From: the human T2T-CHM13v2.0 reference genome, Homo sapiens
Length of the DNA stretch: 64,000 nt
Reading direction: 5' to 3' (one strand)
NCBI RefSeq assembly: GCF_009914755.1
Contig: NC_060925.1
Shown: positions 38,381 to 53,050 of the stretch, in pieces
How positions within the stretch are numbered: the first letter of the stretch is position 1
Layout: each line of letters begins with the position of its first letter
The notes under the pieces: model-generated
Told to the model about the DNA's origin: nothing
Seen by the model: only the letters and a program-made list of their open reading frames with translations
Database searches by the model: none
Program-made: the position numbers and the translations under genes

Positions 38381-38591
38381 CTACTGCTATGATGGGCAGG
38401 GCTGCTGCTGTGATGTAAGGGGCTGCTGCTATGATGGGAGGGGCTGCTGTTATGTGGGTGGGGCTGCTGCTATGATGGGCAGGACTGCTGCCATGATGGG
38501 CGGGACCACTGCTATGATGAGAGGGGCTGCTGCTATGATGGGCAGGACCACTGCTATAATGGGAGGGGCTGCTGCTGTGATGGGTGAGGCC
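38381..38591. repeat. Minisatellite, 21-bp unit x ~10
   Basis: ctgctgctatgatgggcaggg variants in tandem. Confidence 0.92.
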
Positions 38592-40085
38592 ATTGCTCTG
38601 AGGGGCAGGGCTGCAGGGCATCTGTCTGGAGCCTCTGGTCCACTTCTTACTCCACCCACCTCCACCCAGAAAACATTTGCTGCCATTTTCTGGAAGCTGC
38701 TTGGAGCCATCACTGGTCTAAGCTTTTCAGCAGCATTCTACTCTTTTGTCCCTACAACCCACGGTGGGGCCGAGATAAAGGTCCTGGGTGATCTGTTTGA
38801 GATGCAAACCCCTCCTGTCCTCCCGCTATTTGAAGCCCTTCAGAGGCTCCCCCTGCTCTTAAAGCAAAGACCCAGACCTGCAAGGCCCAGCTCCTGCCCT
38901 GCTCCCTCCTACCCCACGCACACCAATCCAGGTATGGAAACTGAGGCTCTGAGAGGTGATGAGACTCACCCGAGTCCACTCCATCTGGGGATGGCAGAGC
39001 CAGACTCAAACCCAGGCCTGTTGGGATCCATTCCTGGGTCCTGGCCAGCCCTGGCAATGGGTGCCCACCCAGTGGGTCTCTTAACAGCTGGCAAAGATGC
39101 TTCTTCCCCATATCTGAGTCACCCATGGCCACATGGTGCTCATGGTGGTAAAATTTGCCCAGCAAAGAGCACTTATTGACCTGAGTTCCACAGCGAGCAG
39201 CCTCATCCCCAAGACCATCCACCCTCCATCTGCCTCTTGCAGGCCCGCCCAGCGCTCTGGCCCACCTGGTTGGCTCCCCTGATTTCTCATCTGTTGATTT
39301 AGAAAGGAGCCCATGGGGGATGCAGGAGGCTCTGATCTGTGGCTCTGTGTTTGCCGAGGACGCTGGAGCCTTGGAAGGGGATTAGAAATTCATAACCAGT
39401 GTGATTTGGGTCCCCTCCTGAGTCCTGTGTGTGCATGCCCTGGGCTCCTCATTGAAGAGTGAATAGGTTGGTTTTGGAGGGTCTGAGGACAGTGAAGCCA
39501 GTGTGGCTCTTCTGCCTGTTGCTGGGTCTTTAGGGGCATCTAGTCGTGAGAATGCTGGTGCTACTGAGCATCAGGGTCTGAGGACCCCTGGCTGGGTAGC
39601 TTTGCTGGTGTAGATGCCCCCCAGAGTCCAGCTTACCCTGTGACAACATTGGCCCATCGACAAAAGCTGAGGGCAGAGGGGAGCTCCCTGTCTTCCTGAC
39701 ATCTCCTGGGGTCCTTCCTGCAGCAACAGCCTACACACCATCGGGATTCCGGACCAGCCAAGCACCGGTGAGCTGGAACTCCAGGCACATCCTCCTTCTC
39801 GCCTCCCTTATTAACCAAGGATGGTTAGGAAGCCCTGAGGCCCAGAACTGGGGGCATGTGGGCTTACAAATCAGGGTGCCTACCCTCAGGGGCTCCAGCC
39901 TGATGGGGAAGGACAAGCATGATGCAGACCATTATGCTCTGTGGTGGGGGTCAGTGTGGGTTTGTATTTCGGCAGCATAGAAATGACGCAGTTAAATGTC
40001 AGAGGCTCTTGGGCTCTGAGACCCGGCTGTGCCACTGACTGGCTGTGGGATTCTGGGTAAGTGACTTACGGTGCTGAGCCTCAGC

Positions 40086-40169
40086 TTTCTTTTTTTTTTG
40101 AGACAGAGTTTTGCTCTGTCACCCAGGCTGGAGTGCAGTGATCTTGGCTCACTGCAACTTCCACCTCCC
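40086..40169 (-). mobile_element. Severely 5'-truncated Alu inserted in a MIR
   Basis: poly(T)+gagacagagttttgctctgtcacccaggctggagtgcagtg...cactgcaacttccacctccc. Confidence 0.85.
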
Positions 40170-41619
40170 AAGTGATCTGAGCCTCAGTTCAAGTGGTTCA
40201 AGTGATCTGATCAGTTTTCTACTCTATGTAATGAAGATTATGTTAGGATTTGGGAGGAACAAACCAGTTGATGCAATTAAGTGTTCAGCACAATGTCTGG
40301 CACATAGTAGGTGCTTACTGAGCAGTAGCTCTTATTTATGCATTCAGTAAGCAGATGTTTAGTGAGCACCTGCTGCGTGCCAGACCCTGCTCAGGGGAGT
40401 GAGAACTTGGTGGTGAAGAAAAGCTGGATGCTTTGTCCTTAGACATCTTAGAGTCTGGATCGAAGGACTGAGTGTGAATCACTCACAATCGGCTCTGAAG
40501 GGGAGAGTGGGGTCCTAGTAGTGTCTGTAACAAAGGATCCTACTGCAAAGATGGAGAGGAGAGGATGGGCTCAGAGGCATTAGGGGTCAATGGACAGGCT
40601 TGGCTGCCAGGTTCAGTGAGGGAGGAGAGGAGGTGCCTAGGACAGCACCCAGGCTCCTGGCCGGGGCCACTGCATGGACAGATGGAGGTGTTATTTACAG
40701 GGTGAGGAGACTGGAGAAGAGCTGGGTTTGGAGGATGCAGAGAGTTTATGATCTTGGGCTTGTACGTGTTGGGTTTGCAATGCCTTTGAGACTCTGCACC
40801 TGATGCATAGTTGGGGGCTGGATCTTACTTTGCAGACCCCTGGCGGAGCACTGCTCTCAGAGGCTCATACATGGGGGGACCCACGAACCATCACAGGTAA
40901 AGGTTGTTGTTGAGGAGAGGGGACACTCCTACCCTGATGGGGGTGTGGAGCAGGGGTCAAGGTCACCTCTCAAGGTCACCTCTGAGCTGAGTCCTAAAGG
41001 AGAAGTGCAACTCACCAGACAGAGAAGGGGGAGGACACTGAGGGCTGAGGGGTCCTGCAGAGGCCCAGGTACTGAGGAGGGAGAGCCGCGTGGTCATGGA
41101 GCTGGAGGTGTTCAGGACAGCTGTGTGGCAGCGGGGAGGAGGAAGCTGTACAGGAGGCCAGGAGCCACAGGAATCAGAGCAGGAGGGGACTGGAATGCCG
41201 GTTGTAGGTTTTGCATTTAACCTGTGGGTCGTAGGGACTCATCAGCCCATTCCATTACAGCAGGAGGATGTGCTCAGGGCTGTCATGTTTGAGGAAGGAA
41301 TTTGGGTGCAGGTGAACAGGGACTGAGGCTCTGGCTGCAAAGAGATCAGCTAAGAGGCCAGCGATGGTGCAGGTGACAGAAAAGGGCAAGGCAGCTACAT
41401 GGGGACAGCAATAAGCGAGGGCATGGGAGGAGCCTCAGGGAGACAGAGAGGACTCGGGCCATTGAGGGGCACAGTGTGGATTATGGTCAGAGGGCTTGGG
41501 CGCAGTGGAAGAGTGGGTAACACTGGATGTTCTGTGAGCCACCAGCAGGAACGACAGACACACTCTGAAGGGCCATCCTGCAGGGAATTAAGTCACACAA
41601 TGTGAGTTTAGGACAGAAC

Positions 41620-41812
41620 ATTATTATATGGACACATGTAATAATCCTCTCGGCAATCCTGGGAGGTAGGTGCTGCTGTCACCCCTATTTTATAGATGAG
41701 CAAACAGAGACACAGAGAGGTTTAGTAACTTGCCTAAGGTCACACAGCTAATTAGCAGCAAAGCTGGGGCTTAAACCCAGGAAGTGGCCCCCGAGTCCAT
41801 GCTCTTAACTGT
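41620..41812 (-). mobile_element. MIR
   Basis: cctattttatagatgagcaaacagagacacagagaggtttagtaacttgcctaaggtcacacagcta. Confidence 0.85.
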
Positions 41813-42009
41813 GATCCTGCCTGGGCTGTAGGAGATGACTCTGCTGTGCTGCTGCCCTCAGGAGCTCCAGTGCACAGATGGAACCACGGGCAAAGTGAGT
41901 GAAGTGGACCAATACCTCTAGCTGTGGGAATCAGAGAAGACTCCCAGGAGGAGGCATCATTTTAAGTTGGTCCTTAGGGTAGGGAGTGTTTGAACAGAGT
42001 GGTGGCATG

Positions 42010-42560
42010 TCAGTCAGGGTGGTTATTGCAAGCCACAGAAAATGATTGTGGATGATGAAAGCAAAATAAGTTGTTATTAAGTCAATAAGAGGTTATTTCA
42101 AAAATCACTGAGACAGTTAGAAAGTCAGGCTTAGGGGCTGTGGCATCAGGACAAGTGCTGCAAATCAACCGATGGATGACAGCGTCTCAACCTCCTCCAC
42201 CAAGTCCTGGAGCCTACAGCTTGCCCCGCCTCCACTATCACTACCTGACACTGCAGGCTACAGCTGAACCCCTGCTGTCTCTTTTCCCATGGAGCCTCCG
42301 GCCTCTGCTGCCACCCTTGCCACCATCACCAGAATAGGCTCAGCAAGGAGAACCCTTGCTGTTGGGCTTCTGGCCCGAAGTCTAGACTGGGAGGTGGGGA
42401 GACCTGATTGCAGAAGCCTCATCATGTGACTTCACTCAAGTTGTAAAGGAGACCAGGAAAGAACCTCTTCCGCATTTTCAGGCTCTGTCTCCTAAGTGGG
42501 AAATTCCCCAATCAGTAGGAAGACATTTTTCAATAATGTAACAAACACACTGGACAGGGC
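42010..42560 (-). mobile_element. Old MaLR LTR remnant (MLT1-like)
   Basis: tcagtcagggtggttattgcaagccacagaaa...ctgattgcagaagcctcatcatgtg. Confidence 0.45.
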
Positions 42561-43819
42561 TATGGCCATCGTGTCAGGTGACAAGGTTGGCACATGTGAA
42601 GGTGAAGAGGAGGGAACGGCATAGACCACACAGAGGATGGTTAAGGTGCAGCAGAAAGATTAGAACACAAGCTCTGTCCTTAGAATGTGCTTCTGGGCTA
42701 CTACACATCAAGTCAACTGAAAACAGCAGTGACTGAGCAGTGTGAATATGAGCGTGCTTGTGAGCAGCTGTATCCTCACAGGGCTGACACCGGCTCTCCC
42801 TGTGTTGTTGCCTCTGTGGACTCTGCTGGCTGAGGCTGAGTGATAGTGGCTGGGAATGCTGCTTCCTGGCAGCCTGTGTGTCCCTGCTTGGCCTCCCCAG
42901 GTGCTGATGGTTGGCTGCCTACTTGCTCCCCATGCAGCATCCCTGCTGAGAGCAGAACTGTGACCTGTCCTGCACATCTATTTCTGGGACATCACAGCCC
43001 TAAGCTCCCACTCATTCATGCCTTCACTTACTAATGCACTTTGAGCACCTATGTTGAGCAGATGGCCCTGCTCTCCCAACCCCTATCTGCGTCTTGATAT
43101 TTGTCACCCATAGAGGCAGCTATGGTGGGAAAGATGCTGACCAGGAGATCAAGTTCATTCTGGCTCTAGTGAATTACTCTGGACACTTGGGCAGGACACT
43201 TGACCTCTGTATGCCCAATTTTCCTGTCTATGAAACATGTCCCAGTAACCCATCTGTGTGGTTTTTCACTCCTGCCCTGCATCTGCCTGAGCCAAGACCA
43301 CTCGCCATTTTGTGTTCTGTGTCTCACCATGAACTCTTGCCTCTTCTGGATACTCAGATGTCTCTTCTTCGTCACATAGCCTGTGACTCACTCTCAGACT
43401 CCCTGTGCCCTGCTGGAGAAACCCAGGGCTGGAGAGGGAGGTGTCTGGCTCTTCCTAAACCTGCAGGACCCAGTGGGTGCGTGGATACACCATTTAGTGA
43501 AGATGCTGTCTCCACTACCACGTGCATTGCATGGCCCCGCCAGGCTGGCGGACCAACGCCCTAGCACTTTGCAGGCCCCATTTTAAGCGCCCATGGTGGT
43601 TGGGGATGTGAGCCCTCCCCACAGTGGTGAGAGAACATCTCTGGAGAGGAAAGAAGGGGGAAATAGGAGAAGAGGGAAGAATGGGAAGTTGTGGAAGGAA
43701 GAGGAGGAGAAGAGAAAGAGCAGAAACAGGGAAGAGAGAAGAGGAAGAAATGAGTGAAGAAGATGGAGGGTGAGGGGGTAAGGAAGGCAAAGGAGGAGAG
43801 ACATAAAAGGACAAGCAGG

Positions 43820-44631
<812 letters not shown>

Positions 44632-44767
44632 TTAAAGGGCCCCAGCAGAAACAACTCCAACAGGTCTCTCTCTACCCGCCAACAGCTCAGCCTGTCTCAG
44701 AGCCTAGCAGGCCAGGAGGGTCTGGGGGGCAGGGCCAGGATCCACATCTAAAGATGCCATGTGGCAT

Positions 44768-45095
44768 GGCCAGGCACAGTGGCTCACACCTGTAATCCCA
44801 GAACTTTGGAAGGCTGAGGCGGGTGGACCACTTGAGGTCAGGAGTTCGAGACCAGCCTAGCCAACATGGTGAAACCCCGTCTCCACTAAAAATACAAAAA
44901 TTAGCTGGGCATGGTGGCGGGCATGTCTAATCACAGTTACTCGGGAGGCTGAGGCAGGAGAATGGCTTGAACCCAGGAGGCAGAGGTTGCAGTGAGCTGA
45001 GATTGTGCCACTGCACTCCAGCACTCCAGCTTGAGCAACAGAGAAAGACTGCCTAAAAAAAACAAAAAACAAAAAACAAAAAACAAAAAAAAAAA
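44768..45095 (+). mobile_element. AluS
   Basis: Full dimer, (A6C)n tail, TSD TGTGGCA. Confidence 0.95.
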
Positions 45096-45599
45096 CCTGT
45101 GGCAGGACAAGAACTTGGCTGGGCTTTAGGACAGTTGGGTTCTAGGCACAAGTTAACCAAAAATTTGCTGAGCAACCATGGTCAAGTCATTTAACCTCCC
45201 CGGGCTTCGGTTTTCTTCTCTGCAAAAAGAAGAGCTGGCATTGTGTTCCCTTTCACTTCAGGGTTCTGTGGCTTATGAATAAGAATAACTCAGAAATATA
45301 TTGATTACTTACTATATGCCAGATCCTAAAGGCTTTATATCATTTAAACTTGTATATATATGCATATAGATAAATCATGTATATAAATATCTCGGAAAGA
45401 ACTCTAGCTGTCATTGCTCCAAGTTGCTCACAGGAACTTGGAAACTGCATAATATGCCAAAGGCCATGCAGCCAGTGAGTGACAGAGCAGGCTTTCCCCA
45501 GCCCACACTCGGGCAAATCCCGAGCCTGCCCCCAAATAGCTCCATTTTCCGAGAGAGGGAGCCACTTCATTACAAAGGTCCCTCTCTACAAAGACAGAA

Positions 45600-45980
45600 C
45601 ACGGAGGCCGATTAAAGCCCGTCAGCCCGGCATCATTTTTGTAATCGATGCTCCGTGATTGTGAACTGGGTGTCTGTCGGCAGCTGCCTAATTTTAGCTG
45701 GGTCTTTGCAGGCTTCTCACCAGGCTCACCCTCCCCCATGGATGAGCAGAGAGGTTCCAAGAAGCATCATCGATCTTTTGACTAAAGTGTCCTCATGAAA
45801 TACAAATCTGTCGTTTCTCAGCGAGCCGTCTGTCGTGGTGGCACAGAAGAGATGCCACCGGGAGAGTGAGAACCATAATTTCATGTAAAACCGGACGTCT
45901 TACATGGTCCCCCGCAACCCACCTCTTCCCTGCTTTCACCTTGGCCTCCCAGCTCAGTCATGGGAAATCGATACCTTTTA
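45600..45980. promoter_or_regulatory. Candidate enhancer (CpG-retaining unique DNA with ATCGAT motifs)
   Basis: ~16 CpG in 45600-45920; ATCGAT at 45644, 45769, 45967. Confidence 0.35.
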
Positions 45981-46529
45981 CTGTTTCAACTTTGGCACAG
46001 AGCGATGGGGGAAGAGCTGTCAATAGGTGTTGAAGACATTCCCAGTTGTGGGCAAGCTCCCTGTTAGGGGGGCCCTGGCCTCTGGCAGTGAGTTGGCACC
46101 GAGTTACTTGAATGAGGAGGATTTAGTGCTCCTGTCCTTGGGCACTCTGCCCAGTATAAGTGGCTAAGGAGGCATCAGGGGAGGGCCTGGGTCCAGAGAA
46201 TGAAAACACCTTCCTTAAATAGCAACAGCTTCTCATGGGCATAATGGCCCTACACACATAGCAGGAAAGGTGACTTATTCTAAGGCCACACAGCAAGCTT
46301 AAGTATAATCACAACTCCACCACTTACTATGTGACAACAAGCAAGTAACTGGACCTCTCCAAGACTCAGTTTCCTCAGTTGTGAAATGGAGTTATGCTTG
46401 CACCCACCTCATAGGGTTATTGGAAGGGTTAGCTGAGTAAAAGCACGTTGAGTATTTAACACGGTGCTAGAAAGACAGAAATCAACTAAAATAATAGTTA
46501 TTAATACTAGTAATATTTTTCGATGTTAA

Positions 46530-46702
46530 CCTGTTTGCTTTGCTCTAAGATGATATCTATCAGAAGATACACCATCAATTTAATAACAGCTTCGAGAGGG
46601 AAGAAAACAAAAAAGAAACAGAAAATGAAATGTCTGCCCATTGAAGGATGTGTCTTATTTTAGAACGTTTAAAATATATGTCCCAGAATCGAAGAAATAC
46701 AA
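46530..46702. mobile_element. MER104/Kanga-like Tc2 MITE
   Basis: ctctaagatg...agatacaccat...cagaatcgaagaaatac degenerate TIRs. Confidence 0.55.
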
Positions 46703-47587
46703 TATTGACAACAGAGGGCTCTTTTTAGATCTCAGATTCCTGGAACCCTCCCACGAGCCCTCAAAGCGTGAGAATGGAAGTAGTGTTGTCCAGGAGAGAA
46801 GACCAGAGTTTACTCTGCTACCAACCGGCCGAGTGACCCCAGGAAAGTCCCTCTCCTTTTTTGGCCTCAGTGTTCTGCCTAGACAGTGCACAGGTGGCAT
46901 GAGATGATCCCTCAGGCCCTTCTAGCCCTGGGTCTGGCAGGACAGGCGTGAATTCTTCTCTCTGTCGTCCTGCTCACCGGGTGGGGCCACTTCCCCTGCC
47001 GTGCTAGACTCACCAGCCTGCAGGATTTCTGGAAGGCAGGCACCAGCAAGAGCTCTAGCTGATTAATCCTCCCCCTACTTAGGGGCTCCCAGGGCTGCCT
47101 TTGAGGGGGTGGGAAGGAAGAACAGGTGGGTGGGGCCAGGAAAGGGAAGGGAGATGAGCCACAGATTCCATTTGGGTCTGTTTACTCCCATTCGCTCCTG
47201 GTTACCTTTAAACAGGATAAAATTACACTCGAATCCCCTTCATCTCCATGCGATACTTCTGAAAAAAGAGCAACTTGACCTCTTAGGAGTTAAAAAAAAA
47301 ATGGAAAACGTGAGAGCTACGTAATATCCAGTGGATGCTGAGGGTGGGGCATTTTCAGGGAGCTCATATGTAAACCTCCTTGATGTCTTGAAAAATAAAA
47401 CCAGACCAGCGTTCAGTGGCAGGAGGGGAGGAGAGTATTCCAGGAGGAAAGCCAGCTCCCTCTGAGGCAGAAAGAAGGCTGGGTGGGGAAGAATTGGGGA
47501 CAGGCAGGGCTCTGAGATACTCAGGGGAGGATTTGGGGGCTGATGAAGAGCTCTGGCATCGGCGCTCCCCAGGAATCTGCACTTCTT

Positions 47588-47817
<230 letters not shown>

Positions 47818-49382
47818 GAATCTGCACTTCTTAATCAACCCAGTAAACTACTCCCCAGCCCTTTACAAATAGGCTCCTGACCCACTTTGCTATGTCTCCA
47901 TGACAACTCCTCATCAGTAAATCCCTGCCTTGGCCCTCAGCTCCTGACGGCTTCCCACCCTAGCTCTCTTCCTGTTCATCTGTGACCGTGGTTCCCCCAG
48001 CTCTCACTTCTGTTTACTCTGTTTCTGCTCCTTCGTCCCCTTCACTGCTTCCTTTCCGAAGATGCCCCCAAACTTTGTTCGGGAGACTTAGGAACCTGCA
48101 GTTCAGCATTAGAGGCAACAGGCACAGAGCACTAGAAGCAGGCAAGAGTCTGATGTTGCTAAAAGATAAATGCTATTTTTTTTTTTTTTGCTGTTTTTAA
48201 AAAATAATACAAAGCCTTAGAGAAATATCCTAGGCAAACTCCCAGGGGCTCAGTGCTGGGCTTGGAGCACTATTGGATATTATATTTGCACAGCCACTCG
48301 GCAGCTCCAACACAAGCATCCTCATGTCATTCTACATTCGGGCCTTAAGGCTGCAATAGATGGCCTGAGCAAGGCGGGGCCAAACCCCTTAGGCCAACTT
48401 AAAGCAAAGGCAAGTAACTGGCATTTCCCTTTTTTTCAACAGAGGATGGCGTTCAAAATGCTCTTTCTTTAGTAAACTTGTTTTCCCCCTTTTTCTGAGC
48501 CACTTGACCCCTCTCCTGGTCACTCCCATTGTCCTGTGGTTCTAAATTCTTAGCACATCTTGGACACCAGCCTGTAGCTTGAAGGATGCTCCATTTTTCA
48601 TCTTGCAAACACCCTTTGCCTTGGAGCATGGCTTTGCTTGATGAATGTGCTTGCTGTTTTTCTTATAAAAGCCCCTTCTGGCTGGGTAGGAAATCACCCC
48701 TAAACGAAACCTTCAAAGCCTGTGCACATCCCACAGGTACACCGTCATGTCCCCCTAGTAGAACAACCAAACCCCTCATAATTAACCCTTCTGAAAAATA
48801 TCCGGGATTTATAGTCACTGGTGCTTTCACTTACAGAGGTGATGGATGTTTTCAAGCTGATGTAAGACTGGAGGTAGCATGTTCAAAGATAAAGAGAATG
48901 AACTTGGAAGCAGATGCATCTGGTTTCAAAATCTGGTTCCATCATTTGTTGATCATGTGACCTTGAACCAGCAGCTCTCTACCCTCGGTCACACATTTCC
49001 CCATAGCAATGACCTTACAGGGTTACTGAGAGGCTGAGCACAATGTCTGTCACCTGACACAATGAATCATGGTCCACGGTCCTAACCTTTCTTCTAGTAT
49101 TTCTCCAGTTGTGTTTTAATCATCAACATATTTGCCTGTAGTCCTCACAGGCTCCAGAGTTCCTTGAGGACAGGAACCACATCTTACTTGTACTCTTGGC
49201 ATAGAGCCAGTGCCTGTTATGCAGTAGGTGCCTAATGAATGCAGCCTGATTTAGTGGAACACAATGGCGTCCTTTGAATCCTCCTTTGCTCCAGTCATTG
49301 TGTTCTCTTCTTCAGTAGCTCTATGTATGTGTCAGATTTTCCTAATCTGTCTTCGGTGTCTATCATTCTCTCTGTATTCATT

Positions 49383-50700
<1,318 letters not shown>

Positions 50701-50740
50701 TCTTTCTCTCTTTCTTTCTTTTTTTTTTCTTTCTTTCTTT

Positions 50741-50792
<52 letters not shown>

Positions 50793-50902
50793 TTTCTTTC
50801 TTTCTTCCTTCCTTCCTTCCTTTCTTTCTTTTTCTTTCTCTCTCTTTCTTCCTTTCTTTCTTGCCTGCCTGCTTGCTTGCTTTCTTTTTCTTTCTTTCTT
50901 TC

Positions 50903-50965
<63 letters not shown>

Positions 50966-51011
50966 TCCTTCTTTCTTTCTCTCTCTCTCTTTCTCTCTTT
51001 CTTTCTTTTTT
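50701..51011. repeat. Expanded (CTTT)n/(CCTT)n compound microsatellite derived from Alu tail
   Basis: ~310 bp almost pure pyrimidine. Confidence 0.95.
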
Positions 51012-51293
51012 TGAGACGGAGTCTTGCTCTGTCACCTAGGCTGGAGGGCAGTGGCATGATCTCGGCCCACTGCAACCTCCACTTCCTGGGTTCAAGTGAT
51101 TCTCCTGCCTCAGCCTCCCGAATAGCTGCGATTACAGGCATGTGCCACCATGCCTGGCTAATTTTTGTATTTTTAGAGATGGAGTTTTGCCATGTTGGCC
51201 AGGCTGGTCTCGAACTCCTGACCTCAAGCGATCCCTCTGCCTCGGCCTCCCAAAGTGCTGGGATTATGGGGGCATGAGCCACCATGCCCGGTC
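51012..51293 (-). mobile_element. AluS
   Basis: Dimer; TSD AGGA(T/G)CTTTC flanking Alu plus STR. Confidence 0.95.
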
Positions 51294-51304
51294 AGGAGCT
51301 TTCA

Positions 51305-51800
51305 TATTCATTTCTCTGGCTTTGCTCTTTTTTGTTTGGAGCTGAATGATTTTCTGAAGCTGATTTTCTTCTGCTTCGCTGATGGAATTTCCATTCATGC
51401 TTACTCACTGTTACTGATTTTATGGCATTCACCTCTGTAATATTTTCATTATAGTTTCTTTCATTTCTTTCTTAAGATATGCCACTCCATTTTCATCTCT
51501 CTCTCTGTAATTTTCATCAATAACTCTTCTTTGAGCCCTTTGGCTCTGAGTTTTTTGTTTTGTTTTGTGTTCAGTTTTCATGCTAGCTTCTCTGAACTTT
51601 TGTTCTGATTCTTGGGCAATTTCTTGTATAAAGTAAGTCCCTCGTCTACCTTTTGATTCTATGCATTTTCTCTCATTTCTCTTTCCTTTGGGAGGCCTGG
51701 CTCTGTGTGCTAGCTCCTGCATTTGTTTCTTGCTGGCCATTATTTATTTCTGAATAGAGCTGGCCATTTGTTGGAGTAGAAGAGGCAGCGAGCAGGACAG
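51305..51800 (-). mobile_element. HAL1/L1M ORF1-like fragment (continues from ~49285-49382)
   Basis: T-rich antisense ORF1-like text split by the NAA20 retrocopy. Confidence 0.5.
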
Positions 51801-52229
51801 TCCTTTGCTTGCATTTGGATTTGTCACCCCAAATGTGTCATTTTCTTTGTCAAAGGGAGGGAAGTAAGGGCCCCTCCATTTTTAGTTGTCAAGCAAGAGT
51901 TTAGCATGGCTCTAGGAAAATCACATAAGGCCACAGGTTCTCTGTGTGCTGTGACCTGGGGATCCACCCTGCCCGGCTCCTTCCACAGGCCTCTTCATCT
52001 CAGTGGTATCTGGGAGACCAGGCGTGGACCATGGTAACGGCTTGCCAGCCTGAGGTCTCCTCGGCCCCTCTCCCTCTGCCATGCTGAATCAGGGCACTGG
52101 GTCCCTTGCAGCCAGTCTGCCGACACCTCCCCTCACACCAGTTAAAAGGTTACTGCCAGGCCTTTCAAGGAGTTTGACGCATAGCGTTTGGCCTCCACGT
52201 CTCATGTAATAACAGTCTAATCCTTCCAG

Positions 52230-53050
52230 TACTCAGAAGTCAACCCTGATTCCTGTGTTTCTCTCATATCCCACAATGAACCCATCCACAGAGCTTGTCG
52301 GCTCCATTTCAACCTGTGTCCAGAATTTATTCCCGTCTCACCCCCTGCATTTTGACCACCCTGGGCCGTGCCATACCTGGGCCACCACCTCGTGCCTGGA
52401 CAGCTGCAGTAGCCTCCTGAGTGGTCTCCCTGCTCCCTCCTTTGTCCATGAGTCTCATCATGTCACGTCATTCCACTGCATGGGAACCCTTCCAGGGCTC
52501 TCTATGTTAGTCAGGCTTATGGAGCCCTGTCCTCTCTGGAGCTTCAGTGTGACTTTGCTCTGCCCCTCCTCCTCTCCCCTTCATCTCCCCCTGCCTCCCC
52601 TCCCCTGCATCGACACCAGCCTCCTTGCTCTTCCTCGACGCTCCAGGAGCACTCCTGTCTTGCCTTGGCACAGTGGCCTCTGCTGCCTGGAAGGTGCCTC
52701 TCCCATCTGCATGGCCAACTTCCTTACCTTTTTTCAGTTGTCCTTAAATGTCATCTTCTCAGCCAGGCCTGCTGTGGCCATGTTCTGCAGTGCTTCATCT
52801 TGCCCGCACTCTCTGTGTTCTCAACTCCCTTGAACCTGCTTTAGTTTTCCTTTTGCCTTAGTTCTTACATCACATTTACTTCTTTATTATATTTGTTATC
52901 TGTTCCTCCCTTTTAACGTGTAAGCTGCATAAAGGCAGGAAAATTCTCTTGTCTACTGCAATATCACTAGGGCTGGGGGCCGAGCCTGTCACACGGTTGG
53001 CCTTAATACACATTTGTGAATGGAGGGAGGAGTGAATGAAGGAATGCATA
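52230..53050 (+). mobile_element. L2 3' fragment
   Basis: ...taaatgtcatcttctcag...aatacacatttgtgaatggagggaggagtgaatgaa. Confidence 0.75.

Noticed and set aside
38319-39179. 286-aa ORF as a gene
   Set aside because: Built from MIR sequence, a 21-bp minisatellite and further repeat remnants; no recognisable domain.
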